Position numbers and translations under genes: made by a program
The notes under the pieces: generated by a model
Database searches by the model: none
What the model saw: the letters and a program-made list of their open reading frames with translations, nothing else
What the model was told of the DNA's origin: nothing
Shown: positions 43,889 to 54,333 of the stretch, piece by piece
Numbering within the stretch: the first letter of the stretch is position 1
Layout: every line of letters begins with the position of its first letter
Source of the DNA: Candidatus Eiseniibacteriota bacterium
GTDB lineage: Bacteria; Eisenbacteria; RBG-16-71-46
DNA length: 64,000 bases
Assembly (NCBI GenBank): GCA_963776245.1
Contig: CAVZLN010000006.1
Coordinates: forward strand, 384,001-448,000
Direction of reading: 5' to 3'

Positions 43889-44965
43889 ATGACCCGGTCG
43901 TACGACATCGCCGTGATCCCCGGAGACGGCATCGGTCCCGAGGTGGTGCGCGAGGGCCTGCGCGTGCTCGAGCGCGTCTCCGCGATCGAGGGGTTCACCG
44001 CCCGGCCCACGCACTACCCGTTCGGCGCCGAGCACTACCTCAAGACCCGCGAGATCTTCCCGGACGGCGCGTTCGAAGAGGTGAAGCGCCACCGCGCCAT
44101 CCTGCTGGGCGCGATCGGCGATCCACGCATCGAGGTCGGCCTGCTCGAATTCGGGATCATCGCCAAGCTGCGCTTCGAGCTCGACCTGTTCGTCAACCTG
44201 CGCCCGGTGAAGCTCTACGCCGAACACCTCTGCCCGCTCAAGGACAAGCGCCCCGAGCACGTGGACTTCGTGGTCGTGCGCGAGAACACCGAGGACGCGT
44301 ACGCCGGCATGCGCGGCTTCTTCAAGAAGGGCACGCCCGACGAGGTCGCCACGCAGGAGATCATCTTCACCCGCAAGGGCGTGGAGCGCGTGGTGCGCTA
44401 CGCCTTCGAGCTGTGCCGGCGACGCGCGCGGGGCCGTAAGCTGACGCTGGTGGACAAGGCGAACGCGGTGCGGGCGATGGACCTGTGGACCCGCACGTTC
44501 GCCGAGGTCGGCGCGGAGTACCCCGACATCACCCGCGAGCACAACTACATCGACGCCGCCTGCATGTACGTGGTGAAGAACCCGGAGTGGTTCGACACGG
44601 TGGTGACGAGCAACATGTTCGGCGACATCTTCACCGACCTCTCGGCGATGATCCAGGGCGGGCTCGGGGTGGCCGCGAGCGGCAACATCCATCCGGGGCA
44701 GGTGAGCCTGTTCGAGCCGATCCACGGTTCGGCGCCCAAGCACGCCGGCCGGAACGTCGCCAATCCCATCGCCACCATCATGGCGGTCCAGATGATGCTC
44801 GACTTCCTCGGCGAGGCACGGGGCGCGGCGCGCATCGAGGGCGCGGTGGCGGGGCTGCTGTCGTCCCGGCGGCTGCCCGCCCTCGGCACCGACTCGGGCC
44901 TCTCGACCACCGCGGTGGGCGACCTCGTGCTGGCCGAGCTCGAGCGCGTCGAGGTCTCCGCCTAG
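43889..44965 (+). CDS. leuB: 3-isopropylmalate dehydrogenase family decarboxylating dehydrogenase
   Basis: [43 protein letters not shown]. Substrate not certain because no other leu genes are adjacent. Confidence 0.8.
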   Translation: MTRSYDIAVIPGDGIGPEVVREGLRVLERVSAIEGFTARPTHYPFGAEHYLKTREIFPDGAFEEVKRHRAILLGAIGDPRIEVGLLEFGIIAKLRFELDLFVNLRPVKLYAEHLCPLKDKRPEHVDFVVVRENTEDAYAGMRGFFKKGTPDEVATQEIIFTRKGVERVVRYAFELCRRRARGRKLTLVDKANAVRAMDLWTRTFAEVGAEYPDITREHNYIDAACMYVVKNPEWFDTVVTSNMFGDIFTDLSAMIQGGLGVAASGNIHPGQVSLFEPIHGSAPKHAGRNVANPIATIMAVQMMLDFLGEARGAARIEGAVAGLLSSRRLPALGTDSGLSTTAVGDLVLAELERVEVSA

Positions 44966-45140
44966 GCCCGGAGTGCCGTGCGCGCCCCGGCGGGCCGGGG
45001 GTCCGGGATTCCGGCCTTGACCGGACCGGGGTCGGGCGGGAGAGTGTCCGGGCGCCGGCCGCGGTCGTTCGAGTCCGTTTCCCACACGGCGGTGGGCCAC
45101 CCCCGCTCGCGGCGTGAGCGGGACGCACAGGAGGTGCGTG

Positions 45141-45224
45141 ATGCCGCGCATCCGCAGCATCCTCTACCTGGTCTCGATCGCGTTCCTGCTGGTCGTGCTG
45201 TTCGTCGCGAGCCCGCGCCTGTAG
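45141..45224 (+). CDS. 27-aa single-TM small protein MPRIRSILYLVSIAFLLVVLFVASPRL
   Basis: AGGAGG SD 6 nt upstream, G/C at every third codon position, hydrophobic core with basic flanks; upstream TTGACC-17-GAGAGT. Confidence 0.65.
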   Translation: MPRIRSILYLVSIAFLLVVLFVASPRL

Positions 45225-45234
45225 GCGCGCGTCC

Positions 45235-45666
45235 TCACGCGTTGCTGTCCTGGTCCGGGGACAGGAAGCGCTCGACCCAGCGATAGCCTTCGAGCACGAT
45301 CAACGCCAGCACGGTGCCGGTGATGGCGAGGCCGTAGGCGCGCAGGCCCACCGCGACGCCGATCGCGGCCACCATCCAGATGCTCGCCGCGGTGGTCAGG
45401 CCGTGCACGTAACCCTCCTGGCGCAGGATGCTCCCCGCTCCGAGGAAGCCCACGCCGGTCACCACGCCGTGCACGATGCGCGTGGGGTCGATGCCCCGGC
45501 CGCCGAACTCGGCGGCCGCGTGCGAGGTGAGCAGCACGAACAGCGTCGAGCCCAGGCACACCAGCGTGTGCGTGCGCAATCCGGCGGGCTTGCGCCCCAT
45601 CTGGCGCTCCCATCCGAGGAGCGTGCCGAGCACCGTCGAGACCAGCATGGCGACCAGATCGTTCAT
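45235..45666 (-). CDS. mgtC: MgtC/SapB family membrane protein
   Basis: GWERQ...KPAGLRTH.LV..GS, DPTRI, GVGFLGAG, GLTTAASIW. Confidence 0.9.
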   Translation of the reverse strand: MNDLVAMLVSTVLGTLLGWERQMGRKPAGLRTHTLVCLGSTLFVLLTSHAAAEFGGRGIDPTRIVHGVVTGVGFLGAGSILRQEGYVHGLTTAASIWMVAAIGVAVGLRAYGLAITGTVLALIVLEGYRWVERFLSPDQDSNA

Positions 45667-45726
45667 GGAGTCCTCCGTGTCCCCGGATCCCCGCCCCGCG
45701 GCGGTCGCCGCGCCGGGGTGGCCGCG

Positions 45727-46527
45727 CTAGCGCCGCACGAACTTCGCCGGGCGCTTCTCGAGGAACGCCTTCAGCCCTTCGTGCATGTCGTCGCTCGCCG
45801 CCACGATCCCGAAGCGTCCGCTCTCGAATCGCAGGCCCTCGACCAGCGGCAGCGACATCCCGCGCACCACCGCCTCGAGCGCGGCTTCGACCGCGAGCGG
45901 CCCGTTCTTGAGGATGGCGAGCGCCAGCTTCTCGGCCTCCGCGAGCAGGTCCGCCAGCGGCACGACGCGGTTCACCAGCCCGATGCGCTCGGCCTCGTCG
46001 GCCTTCACGCGGCGCCCGCTGAGGATCAACTCGAGGGCGCGTCCCTGCCCGACCAGCCGCGGCAGGCGCTGGGTGCCGCCGTACCCGGGGATGATGCCGA
46101 GCCCGACTTCGGGCAGCCCGAGCACGGCGTTCTCGGACGCCAGCCGCAGGTGGCAGCCGAGCGCCAGCTCGCAGCCGCCGCCGAACGCGTAACCGTTGAC
46201 GGCCGCGATGACGGGCTTGGGGGAGTGTTCGAGGGCGTCCGCGACGCGCTGCCCGAAGCGCGAGATCGCCTCGGCGCCGCGCGGGTCGAGCGCGGCCAGC
46301 TCGTTGATGTCCGCGCCGGCGATGAAGGCCTTCTCCCCGTCGCCGGTGAGCACCAGCGCCCCCTGCTCATCGTCGGCGACGAAGCGCCCGACGGCGTCCT
46401 CGATCTCGGCGAGGGTCGCGCGATCGATCGCGTTGAGCACGGCGGGGCGGTTCACGAACAGCACGGTCACCGGCCCGCGTCGCTCGATCCGCAGGTTCCG
46501 GTAGGTGGGGCTGGTCGAGGTCGTCAT
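45727..46527 (-). CDS. crt: enoyl-CoA hydratase (crotonase)
   Basis: NRP..LNA, AFIAGADI, AVNGYAFGGGCEL, PEVGLGIIPGYGGTQRL. Confidence 0.9.
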   Translation of the reverse strand: MTTSTSPTYRNLRIERRGPVTVLFVNRPAVLNAIDRATLAEIEDAVGRFVADDEQGALVLTGDGEKAFIAGADINELAALDPRGAEAISRFGQRVADALEHSPKPVIAAVNGYAFGGGCELALGCHLRLASENAVLGLPEVGLGIIPGYGGTQRLPRLVGQGRALELILSGRRVKADEAERIGLVNRVVPLADLLAEAEKLALAILKNGPLAVEAALEAVVRGMSLPLVEGLRFESGRFGIVAASDDMHEGLKAFLEKRPAKFVRR

Positions 46528-46811
46528 GGTCGGCTTCCGGGTGAAAGGTGGCGATCCCGATCTCGCTCGGGAACGCGTACGGGATGGGTGCGCGCGGGGG
46601 CGATCCCGCGGGAGCGTTCCGCCCCCGAGCGGGCCGCGCCCTCCCGGCTCGCTGACGCGCGTCGGGAGCCGCAGTATAGGAACCGCGCGCGCGCAGCGGC
46701 AAGCGGGAGGCGCCGGGCGCCGCTCGGGTGACCGTCCTTGTGAGCGGATGTGCCGCGCCCTAGAATCCCGCCCTCCCCCGGTCGCCCTCTCATCCCACAG
46801 GCGGAGACCCG

Positions 46812-48146
46812 ATGAACGAGCCCGCACGCCCCGGTGCGCCCAGCGCGCAGCGCCTGATGGCGGAGTTGCAGTTCCTCTCCGAACTCGCCCAGGTGGTCGC
46901 GGCGCGCACCGAACTCCAATCGATCCTCGATTGGATCGTGAGCCGCACCGCCCTCCTGCTGAGGGCCGACGCCGGCTCGATCAAGCTGCTCGGCCCCGGC
47001 GACTCCGGTCCGATGGCGCGCACCCAGGCCCGCACCAAGAAGTCGGCCGAACTCGAGTCGGGCTCGTGGCCCCGCGTGTTCACGCTCAACGTGATGGGGC
47101 ACCTGATGCTCCATCCCGAGCCGCTGGCGAGTCCCGACCTCACCGACGATCCGCGCTTCGCCTCGCTGCGCGGCCATCCGGCCCCCATCCGTGCGGTGCT
47201 CGCGGTGCCGCTGCGGGTCGAGAACCGCATCACCGGACTGCTCGCGGTAACGCAGGCCGGGCCCGGCCGGCGCTGGAGCGAGGACGAGGCGTCGCTGCTC
47301 GCGATCGTCGCCTCGAGCTCGGCCGGCGTGATCGAACAGGCCCGCCTGCGCATCGAGGCGCAGGACAAGCAGCGCCTCGAGCTCGAGAACCGGCAGCTCG
47401 AAGCGGAGCGGCGGCGCATCGAGCGCGAGCTCGAGACCGCGCGGGACATCCAGATGAGCCTGGTGCCCGAGGAGGCGCTGCGGGTCGGCCCCTGGGAGGT
47501 GCTCGGCCGCGTGGTCCCGGCCCGCCAGGTGGGCGGGGACGCGTTCGACTACTTCGCGCTCGAGGGCGGGCGGCTCGCGGTGGCGATCGCCGATGTCTCG
47601 GGCAAGGGCGTGCCTGCCGCCATCCTGATGGGGAGCGTGCAGGCGAAGATCCGCGCCCACTGCACCGGCCACGCGCCGCTCGAGCAGGCGGTCGCGGGAG
47701 TGAACCGCAGCGTCGCCGCGCGGGTGCCGGCGGGCAAGTTCATCACCCTGTTCTACGCCGAGGTGGACACCGCGGCGGGGCGGCTGCGCTACTGCAACGC
47801 CGGGCACAACCCACCCCTGCTGCGCCGCCGCGACGGGACGCTCGAGCCGCTGCGCGAGGGCGGCCTGCCGCTCGGGCTGTTCGCCGATGCCACGTACGCC
47901 GGCGGCGAGACGAGTTTCGAGCCCGGCGACGCGCTGCTGCTCTACAGCGACGGCATCACCGAGGCGTTCGACACCCACGATCAGGAGTTCGGCGACGAGC
48001 GGCTGACGGCGTGGTGGGCGGCGCGGACCGAGGTCGCTCCGACCGGCGTGGTGCGGGACCTGATGGCCGAGGTCGAGCGCTTCCGCGGGAGCGCGGCGCA
48101 GAGCGACGACGTGACCGCCGTGGTCGTGGCGGCCGTCTCGACGTGA
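46812..48146 (+). CDS. GAF-domain PP2C/SpoIIE (RsbU-like) phosphatase
   Basis: GAF N-terminus; VGGD.FD, ADVSGKG, NAGHNPP, YSDGITEA, DDVT. Promoter-like TTGTGA-17-TAGAAT at 46738-46766. Confidence 0.9.
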   Translation: MNEPARPGAPSAQRLMAELQFLSELAQVVAARTELQSILDWIVSRTALLLRADAGSIKLLGPGDSGPMARTQARTKKSAELESGSWPRVFTLNVMGHLMLHPEPLASPDLTDDPRFASLRGHPAPIRAVLAVPLRVENRITGLLAVTQAGPGRRWSEDEASLLAIVASSSAGVIEQARLRIEAQDKQRLELENRQLEAERRRIERELETARDIQMSLVPEEALRVGPWEVLGRVVPARQVGGDAFDYFALEGGRLAVAIADVSGKGVPAAILMGSVQAKIRAHCTGHAPLEQAVAGVNRSVAARVPAGKFITLFYAEVDTAAGRLRYCNAGHNPPLLRRRDGTLEPLREGGLPLGLFADATYAGGETSFEPGDALLLYSDGITEAFDTHDQEFGDERLTAWWAARTEVAPTGVVRDLMAEVERFRGSAAQSDDVTAVVVAAVST

Positions 48147-49021
48147 GTGCGCGGCGGCGCGGCGGCGTGGGGGGCGCCCTGCGCGCGTTCGCCGGCGTGC
48201 TGGCCGCCGCGCTGCTGGCGATGGTCGGCTGGGCATGGCTGCGCGCGAGCGCCGCGGACGTGGCGGCGCTGCGCGACAACGTGCCGCGGCGCACCGCGAT
48301 GATGCTGCGGCGCGAGGCCGAGGCGCGCGCCGCGGGCCGCGCGCCGCGCACCCTGCAGCGCTGGACCTCATACGGGCACATCGCCCCGCTGCTGCGCCGC
48401 GCGGTGCTGGTCGCCGAGGACGACGCCTTCTTCCAGCACGGCGGGCTCGATTGGAGCGAGATCCAGGCGGCGGCGCGCCAGGACCTCGAGAAGCGCCGCT
48501 TCACGCGCGGCGGCAGCACCATCACCCAGCAGCTGGCCAAGAACCTGTGGCTCGGGCCCGAGCGCACGCCGTGGCGCAAGCTCGAAGAGGTGTTCCTGGC
48601 GCTGCGGCTCGAGCGCACGCTGTCGAAGCGGCGCATCTTCGAGCTCTACCTGAATCTGATCGAGTGGGGCGACGGGGTGTACGGCATCGAGGCGGCGGCG
48701 CGCCGCTGGTACGGCGTCTCGGCATCCGAGCTGGACGCCCGGCAGGCGGTGCGGCTGGCGGCCGTCATCATCAACCCGCGGCGCTACGCTCCCGAGGCGC
48801 CGTCGCGGCGCATCGAGCGCCGTTCGCGATTGATCGCCACGCGCCTGCATCGGCGCGGCGCGCTCGACGACACGCAGTACGCCCTGGCGGTGGGGCTGCC
48901 GGCGCCGGCGCCGCCCGCGGAAGGGCTCTCGACCGGCGGGGACGAGCCCCCACCGGACGCGCTCGAACAGGCGGCCGCCGACAGCTCCGCGGCTGACACC
49001 GCCGCGGCGCGGGATCGGTGA
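48143..49021 (+). CDS. mtgA: monofunctional peptidoglycan transglycosylase
   Basis: AEDDAFFQHGG, RGGSTITQQLAKNL, RKLEE, K.RIFELYLN..EWG; GTGA overlap. Confidence 0.88.
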   Translation: MSARRRGGVGGALRAFAGVLAAALLAMVGWAWLRASAADVAALRDNVPRRTAMMLRREAEARAAGRAPRTLQRWTSYGHIAPLLRRAVLVAEDDAFFQHGGLDWSEIQAAARQDLEKRRFTRGGSTITQQLAKNLWLGPERTPWRKLEEVFLALRLERTLSKRRIFELYLNLIEWGDGVYGIEAAARRWYGVSASELDARQAVRLAAVIINPRRYAPEAPSRRIERRSRLIATRLHRRGALDDTQYALAVGLPAPAPPAEGLSTGGDEPPPDALEQAAADSSAADTAAARDR

Positions 49022-49030
49022 CCAGGCCCT

Positions 49031-49495
49031 TCAGGACGCGCCCAGCGCCTCCTTGACCAGGCGCGACACCAGCGTGCCGTCGGCGCGGCCCTTCAACCGG
49101 GCCATCACCACACCCATCACCTTGCCCATCTCCTTCGGGCCGCTGGCGCCGGTGGCCGCCACCGCTTCGCGCACCGCCTCGCGCACCTCCGCCTCGGACA
49201 GGGCCTGGGGCAGGTAGCGCTGGGTCACCGCGATCTCGCGTTCCTCGGAGCCCACGCGGTCTTCGAGGCCGAGGCGCCGGAACTCCTCGATCGACTCGCG
49301 GCGCTTCTTGGCGTAGCGCTGGAGCACCTCGATCGATTCCTCAGCGCTGAGGGTGGCGTCCCGGGGCTTGCGGGTCTTGGCCTCCATGAGCGCGGCCTTG
49401 AGCATGCGCAGGGTGCTGAGCGTCGCCGCGTCCTGGGACTTCATCGCGGCGGTCATGTCGGTCTGGATGCGTTCGAGGATGGACGGATCGGTCAT
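49031..49495 (-). CDS. yqeY: GatB/YqeY domain protein
   Basis: AMKS.D...LSTLRML, KKRRESIE.F, YLPQ.LSE, MGKVMG...GRADG. Confidence 0.9.
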   Translation of the reverse strand: MTDPSILERIQTDMTAAMKSQDAATLSTLRMLKAALMEAKTRKPRDATLSAEESIEVLQRYAKKRRESIEEFRRLGLEDRVGSEEREIAVTQRYLPQALSEAEVREAVREAVAATGASGPKEMGKVMGVVMARLKGRADGTLVSRLVKEALGAS

Positions 49496-50598
49496 CGGTC
49501 TCCTCCGTTGTGGACGCCGGCGCGGCACGACGCCACGGCGCGATCGAGGGTCTCGAGGGCGGCCGCGAAGCGCGCGGGATCCCCGCCCAGCGCGATGCGC
49601 ACCGCCCGCGCGTCGCCGAAGAAGCGGCCCGGGGTCACGGCCAGGTCGAACCGCGCGGCCGCCTGCTCCGAGAGCGCGTCGCCGTCCAGCCCCGGGGGCA
49701 TCGGCACCCACGCTGTCGTGCCCGCGGGCGGGCGCACCAGCCGGCACCAGGCATGGTCGCGCGCGAAGGTGGCGAGGCAGGCGTGGTTCGCGGCCAGCAC
49801 GCGGTGCCCGCACGCGCGCAGCGTGTCGAGGTGCGGCGCGAGGGCGAGCGCGAGCGCGACGCTCGGCAGCGCCGGCAGCACGGAGAGCGCGTTCTGAGCG
49901 TGGGCGCAGCGCGCCAGCGCGATGTCGCTCCCGGCGATCCAGCCGATGCGCAGTCCGCCGAGTCCATACGCCTTGGTCAGCGTCCCGGTCGTGACCCAGC
50001 GCGGGCCGCGTGCGGCGGCGGTTCCGAGGGGACGGTCCGAGGCGTCGCGGAAGGTCTCGTCCACCACGATCCACAGACCGCGACGAGCGGCGAGCGCGTC
50101 GAGCGCCGCCAGGTCGCGCTCCTCGAGCGCCGCGCCGCTCGGGTTGTGGAGGTCGGTGAGCACCACCATGCGCGTCTCAGGGCCGACCGCGACCTCGATC
50201 GCCGCGCCCACATCCCCGAATCCGTGCGAGGCCATGCGCGGAAAGGTGCGCACCCGAGCGCCGAAAAGCGCGGAAGTGAGGCGCAGGGGCTCGTAGCCGG
50301 GCGACTCCACCAGCACCTCGTCGCCGGGCCGGAGCAGTCCGGCGAACACGATGGCGTTGGCCTCGCTGGCTCCCGCGGCGACCAGCACGCGTCCGCCCGG
50401 TGCGCCGATCCTCGCGCCGAGCGCCCGCTCGAGACCCGGGAGGACCGCGGCGTAGCCCTCGCGCGGCAGCGTGACGGTGTGCGGCAGTCCGAGGGACTCG
50501 AGGTCGGGCGACATCACCGCGCTGTCGGCGAGATCGTGGGCGTGGCGGCCGCCGTGGGCCTTGCTCCAAGCCTGATGATCGAGTGGCGGATGATCCAT
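49492..50598 (-). CDS. class I/II PLP-dependent aminotransferase
   Basis: GASEA, PGYEP, HNPSG, DETF, TLTKAYGLGGLRIGW, PGRFF. Confidence 0.85.
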   Translation of the reverse strand: MDHPPLDHQAWSKAHGGRHAHDLADSAVMSPDLESLGLPHTVTLPREGYAAVLPGLERALGARIGAPGGRVLVAAGASEANAIVFAGLLRPGDEVLVESPGYEPLRLTSALFGARVRTFPRMASHGFGDVGAAIEVAVGPETRMVVLTDLHNPSGAALEERDLAALDALAARRGLWIVVDETFRDASDRPLGTAAARGPRWVTTGTLTKAYGLGGLRIGWIAGSDIALARCAHAQNALSVLPALPSVALALALAPHLDTLRACGHRVLAANHACLATFARDHAWCRLVRPPAGTTAWVPMPPGLDGDALSEQAAARFDLAVTPGRFFGDARAVRIALGGDPARFAAALETLDRAVASCRAGVHNGGDR

Positions 50599-50646
50599 GG
50601 GCGCCGAATCTAGCACAGGGAAGCGGCCGCCCGCGGACCGCCGTGC

Positions 50647-51336
50647 TCAGCGCGTCGGGGGGATCTCGAGCTCCAGCCCCGCGGTCCAGATCAGGTTGTC
50701 GAGCGTGGTGAAGTCGTAGCGGCTGTTGCGCTCGACCCCCGCGCGCAGCCAGCGCAGTTTGCCGTCGATCGCCCAGCCCACCGTGCGCCGGCTGGCGGGG
50801 ACGACGGTGCCCTGGAGCCAGTCGTTCGACTCGGTGGCGAGGCGCAGCCGCACCGGCGCCGCCCACAGACCGCCGTCCCGCGGATCACGGATGAGCGTGG
50901 CGCTGGCGAGGTGATACGAGCCCCAGTAGTAGTCGGCGCCGGCGGAGAACACGACATCGGTCCGCCCGGACCCCACGATCGGGCTCACCTCGGCGCGGCC
51001 TACCCAGTGCTTCGCCAGCACCTGATCGGTGCCGAGGAAGTACCGCTCGCGGTCGCGCTCGTGACGCCACTGCAGCGTGTACACCGAGCGACGGTGGTCC
51101 CGCAGGTGGAGCCCCACCTCGGGGCGGAACTGATCGGGCCCGCGCACGAAGTCCCAGCGCTCGAGCTGGACGTGGAACGGTCCCTGCACCCAGTACGCGA
51201 TGTCGTCCCGCAGGTCGTTCCCGTTGCTGAAGTCCCAGTAGCGGAACTGGGCCCCGACACGCGCCGATGCCGCCTGCGCCGGGCTGGCGCCGGCGACGGC
51301 CAGCAGCAGGAGCAGGATGGCGGTCCAGGTCCTCAT
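50647..51336 (-). CDS. exported outer-membrane beta-barrel, YaiO-like
   Basis: Signal peptide (AQA), aromatic-rich alternating strands; ATGA overlap with the GT2 stop. Confidence 0.6.
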   Translation of the reverse strand: MRTWTAILLLLLAVAGASPAQAASARVGAQFRYWDFSNGNDLRDDIAYWVQGPFHVQLERWDFVRGPDQFRPEVGLHLRDHRRSVYTLQWRHERDRERYFLGTDQVLAKHWVGRAEVSPIVGSGRTDVVFSAGADYYWGSYHLASATLIRDPRDGGLWAAPVRLRLATESNDWLQGTVVPASRRTVGWAIDGKLRWLRAGVERNSRYDFTTLDNLIWTAGLELEIPPTR

Positions 51337-52574
51337 GCGATCCGGTCCTTCGGCCCGCGGCGCGGGCGCATGGCACCGGTGACGAACCGGAGCCAGAACC
51401 AGGTGAACACCGCGGCGGTGCGCAGCAGCGTGTTGACCGCCCCATACACCGGGTAGAACAGGAGCACGCCCACCGGCGCGCGCCGTCCGTGGCCCGGCTG
51501 GCGCACCACCCACCACGGGTAGAGCTCGAACGCGAGATAGGTCAGGTACAGCACGGCGGCCCACCAGCGCAGGCCGGGCGTGGCGGCGATGACGATGATG
51601 GACCACGTCTTGAATGGGTCGCTCACCAGCGTGTAGAGACTGTAGATCATCTCGTAGCGCAGCCGCCACGGCGCGCGACGGGCGAGCATCAGGCGCACCA
51701 CGTTGCCGAGCTGGTGATAGGTGCCGGGGTACCAGCCGAACAGGCGCTGGTGCAGCCATTCTGCGACACCGGCCGGCGCCACCGTCCACACCGGCTCGTT
51801 GGCGAACACGATGCGCTTGCCGTGGAGCAGGTGGATCATGGTCCGCTGCAGGTCCTCGCCCTGGAACACGCCCGTGTGCTCGTGGTGGAGCTCGTCGAGG
51901 TCCCCGGTGCGGAACAGCCCGATGGCGCCCGAGACACACGAGACCGACTGCGTCACGTCGTGGAACCGTTTGCCGATCTCCATGCTCTTGCCGTACTCGT
52001 AGCGTTGCAGCGCGCCGAGGAAGTTGTTCCCACGCGCGCTGTCGCGGTCGCGGCGGTCCGGCAGCACGGCGAACGCGACCGCGTCGTAGCCATCGTCGGA
52101 GAGCAGCGAGGTCGGGATGCGCGTCCCCCCGAGCCGCGTGTCGTCGTCGAGCAGCAGGGTGAACGGGGTGCGGACCCGGTGGACCGCGTAGTTGATCGCG
52201 GCGGCCTTGCCCTTGCCGCGCTCGAACCGGTACACGGTGCAGCCGAGTTCCGCCGCCACCTTCGACGTGTCGTCGGTGCTCCCGTCGTCGACCACCAGGA
52301 TGCGTTCCGGAGGCAGCTGGTGGGACAGCTCGGCCACGGTGCCCGGGAGGTGCTTCGCCCCGTCGCGCGAGGCGATGACCGCGGTGACCCGCGACGGGTC
52401 GGATGTGAACGGACGGTCCTCGCTGCGGCCGAGCAGTTCGATCACCATCTTCACGAAGTCCACCAGCACGCAGAACAGCACCGCGAACACGATGCCGTGC
52501 GTCCAGCCACCCATCGGGACGGGTCCTTCCGAGGACGGGGTGAGCCACGCGGTCCACAGCCGCCACAGGGTCAT
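51333..52574 (-). CDS. processive GT2 glycosyltransferase (PgaC/IcaA-like synthase)
   Basis: DDGS, GK, DDD, SGA, GED, QRLFGW; TM helices at both ends. Start uncertain. Confidence 0.8.
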   Translation of the reverse strand: MTLWRLWTAWLTPSSEGPVPMGGWTHGIVFAVLFCVLVDFVKMVIELLGRSEDRPFTSDPSRVTAVIASRDGAKHLPGTVAELSHQLPPERILVVDDGSTDDTSKVAAELGCTVYRFERGKGKAAAINYAVHRVRTPFTLLLDDDTRLGGTRIPTSLLSDDGYDAVAFAVLPDRRDRDSARGNNFLGALQRYEYGKSMEIGKRFHDVTQSVSCVSGAIGLFRTGDLDELHHEHTGVFQGEDLQRTMIHLLHGKRIVFANEPVWTVAPAGVAEWLHQRLFGWYPGTYHQLGNVVRLMLARRAPWRLRYEMIYSLYTLVSDPFKTWSIIVIAATPGLRWWAAVLYLTYLAFELYPWWVVRQPGHGRRAPVGVLLFYPVYGAVNTLLRTAAVFTWFWLRFVTGAMRPRRGPKDRIA

Positions 52575-52619
52575 CGGCACGAGCGCCTCCGCCCTGCAGG
52601 GCCGCGGCGGGCGGCGGCC

Positions 52620-52648
52620 TTGACCCGCTCGCGCCCCGTCCCTACGCT
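52620..52648 (+). promoter_or_regulatory. sigma70-type promoter for pccB
   Basis: TTGACC-17 nt-TACGCT. Confidence 0.5.
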
Positions 52649-52684
52649 GCGGCGCTCGAGACGCACGAACCCCAGGAGGCGATC

Positions 52685-54235
52685 GTGGACCGCGAACAAC
52701 GACTGACCGAGCTGCGCCGGCGCCGCCAGCAGGCTCTCGAGGGCGGCGGCGCCGAGCGCGTCGCGAAGATCCACGCCCAGGGCCGCCTCACGGCGCGCGA
52801 GCGGCTCGAGCTCCTGCTCGACCCCGGCTCGTTCGTGGAGCTGGGCGCCTTCGTCACGCACCGCGCGCGCGACTTCGGGATGGAGCGCCGGCGCGTCACC
52901 GGCGACGGCGTGGTCGCGGGATGGGGCCATGTCGACGGCCGGATGGTGTACTGCTTCGCGCAGGACTTCACCGTCTTCGGCGGCACCATGAGCGAGGCGA
53001 ACGGCCGCAAGATCTGCGCGATCATGGATCTCGCGATGGACAACGGGGCGCCGGTGGTGGGCCTGAACGACTCCGGTGGCGCGCGCATCCAGGAGGGCGT
53101 CGTGTCGCTGGGCGCCTACGCCGACGTGTTCCTGCGCAACACGCTCGCGTCGGGGGTGGTCCCGCAGATCTCGGCCATCCTCGGGCCGTGCGCGGGCGGC
53201 GCGGTGTACTCCCCCGCCATCACCGATTTCACCGTCATGGTCCGGGGCACCAGCCACATGTTCGTGACCGGCCCTGAGGTCATCAAGGCGGTCACCTCCG
53301 AGGAGGTCTCCTTCGAGGACCTCGGCGGCGCGATGACCCACAACACCAAGAGCGGGGTCGCGCACTTCGCGGCGAGCGACGACGCGGACGCGCTGCGCCA
53401 CGTGCGGCGCCTGCTCTCGTTCATGCCCGCGAACAGCGCCGAGGACCCGCCGCGGCGAGCCTGCACGGACCCGGTGGACCGCCGCGATCCCGAACTGGCC
53501 ACCCTCGTGCCGGAATCGCCCGACAAGCCCTACGACATGAAGGAGGTCGTGCGCCGCGTGGTGGACGACGGCGACTTCTTCGAAGTCCACGAGCATTTCG
53601 CGGCCAACCTGGTGGTCGGCTTCGCGCGGCTGAACGGCCGTCCGGTCGGCATCGTGGGCAATCAGCCGCGCGTCCTGGCCGGCGTGCTCGACATCGACTC
53701 CTCGGTGAAGGGCGCGCGGTTCGTGCGCTTCTGCGACGCGTTCAACATCCCGCTGCTGACGTTCGAGGACGTGCCGGGCTTCCTCCCCGGCACGCAGCAG
53801 GAATGGGGCGGGATCATCCGTCACGGGGCCAAGCTGCTCTACGCCTACTGCGAGGCCACCGTGCCCAAGCTCACCGTGGTGGTGCGCAAGGCCTACGGCG
53901 GGGCGTACGACGTCATGTCCAGCAAGCACATCCGTGGCGACTACAACGTGGCCTGGCCGTCGGCGGAGATGGCGGTGATGGGGGCCGATGGCGCGGTCAA
54001 CATCCTCTATCGCGAGGAATTGGCCCGGGCCGGGGACCCGGTCGCGGAGCGCAAGCGCCTGATCGCGGAATACAACGACCGCTTCGCGAGCCCCTGGATC
54101 GCGGCCGAGCTGGGCTATCTCGACGACGTGATCGAGCCCGAGGACACCCGTCCACGGTTGATCGCCGCGCTCGAGATGCTGCGCGACAAGAAGCAGGTCC
54201 TGCCCCACAAGAAGCACGGCAACCCCCCGCTCTGA
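52685..54235 (+). CDS. pccB: acyl-CoA carboxylase carboxyltransferase subunit (propionyl-CoA carboxylase beta / methylmalonyl-CoA decarboxylase alpha)
   Basis: [45 protein letters not shown]. Confidence 0.9.
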   Translation: MDREQRLTELRRRRQQALEGGGAERVAKIHAQGRLTARERLELLLDPGSFVELGAFVTHRARDFGMERRRVTGDGVVAGWGHVDGRMVYCFAQDFTVFGGTMSEANGRKICAIMDLAMDNGAPVVGLNDSGGARIQEGVVSLGAYADVFLRNTLASGVVPQISAILGPCAGGAVYSPAITDFTVMVRGTSHMFVTGPEVIKAVTSEEVSFEDLGGAMTHNTKSGVAHFAASDDADALRHVRRLLSFMPANSAEDPPRRACTDPVDRRDPELATLVPESPDKPYDMKEVVRRVVDDGDFFEVHEHFAANLVVGFARLNGRPVGIVGNQPRVLAGVLDIDSSVKGARFVRFCDAFNIPLLTFEDVPGFLPGTQQEWGGIIRHGAKLLYAYCEATVPKLTVVVRKAYGGAYDVMSSKHIRGDYNVAWPSAEMAVMGADGAVNILYREELARAGDPVAERKRLIAEYNDRFASPWIAAELGYLDDVIEPEDTRPRLIAALEMLRDKKQVLPHKKHGNPPL

Positions 54236-54333
54236 GCGGGTCTGGAACACCCAAGGGGACGCGCCCATGGGCACGTCCCCCTGCCGCGCGGGAGTATATC
54301 CGGCGGCCGGGCCTGACGCCACCGGGAGCGGGC

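Noticed and set aside
45061..45080. GTTCGAGTCC T-loop-like sequence suggesting a tRNA
   Set aside because: No T-stem, acceptor stem or cloverleaf could be built around it.
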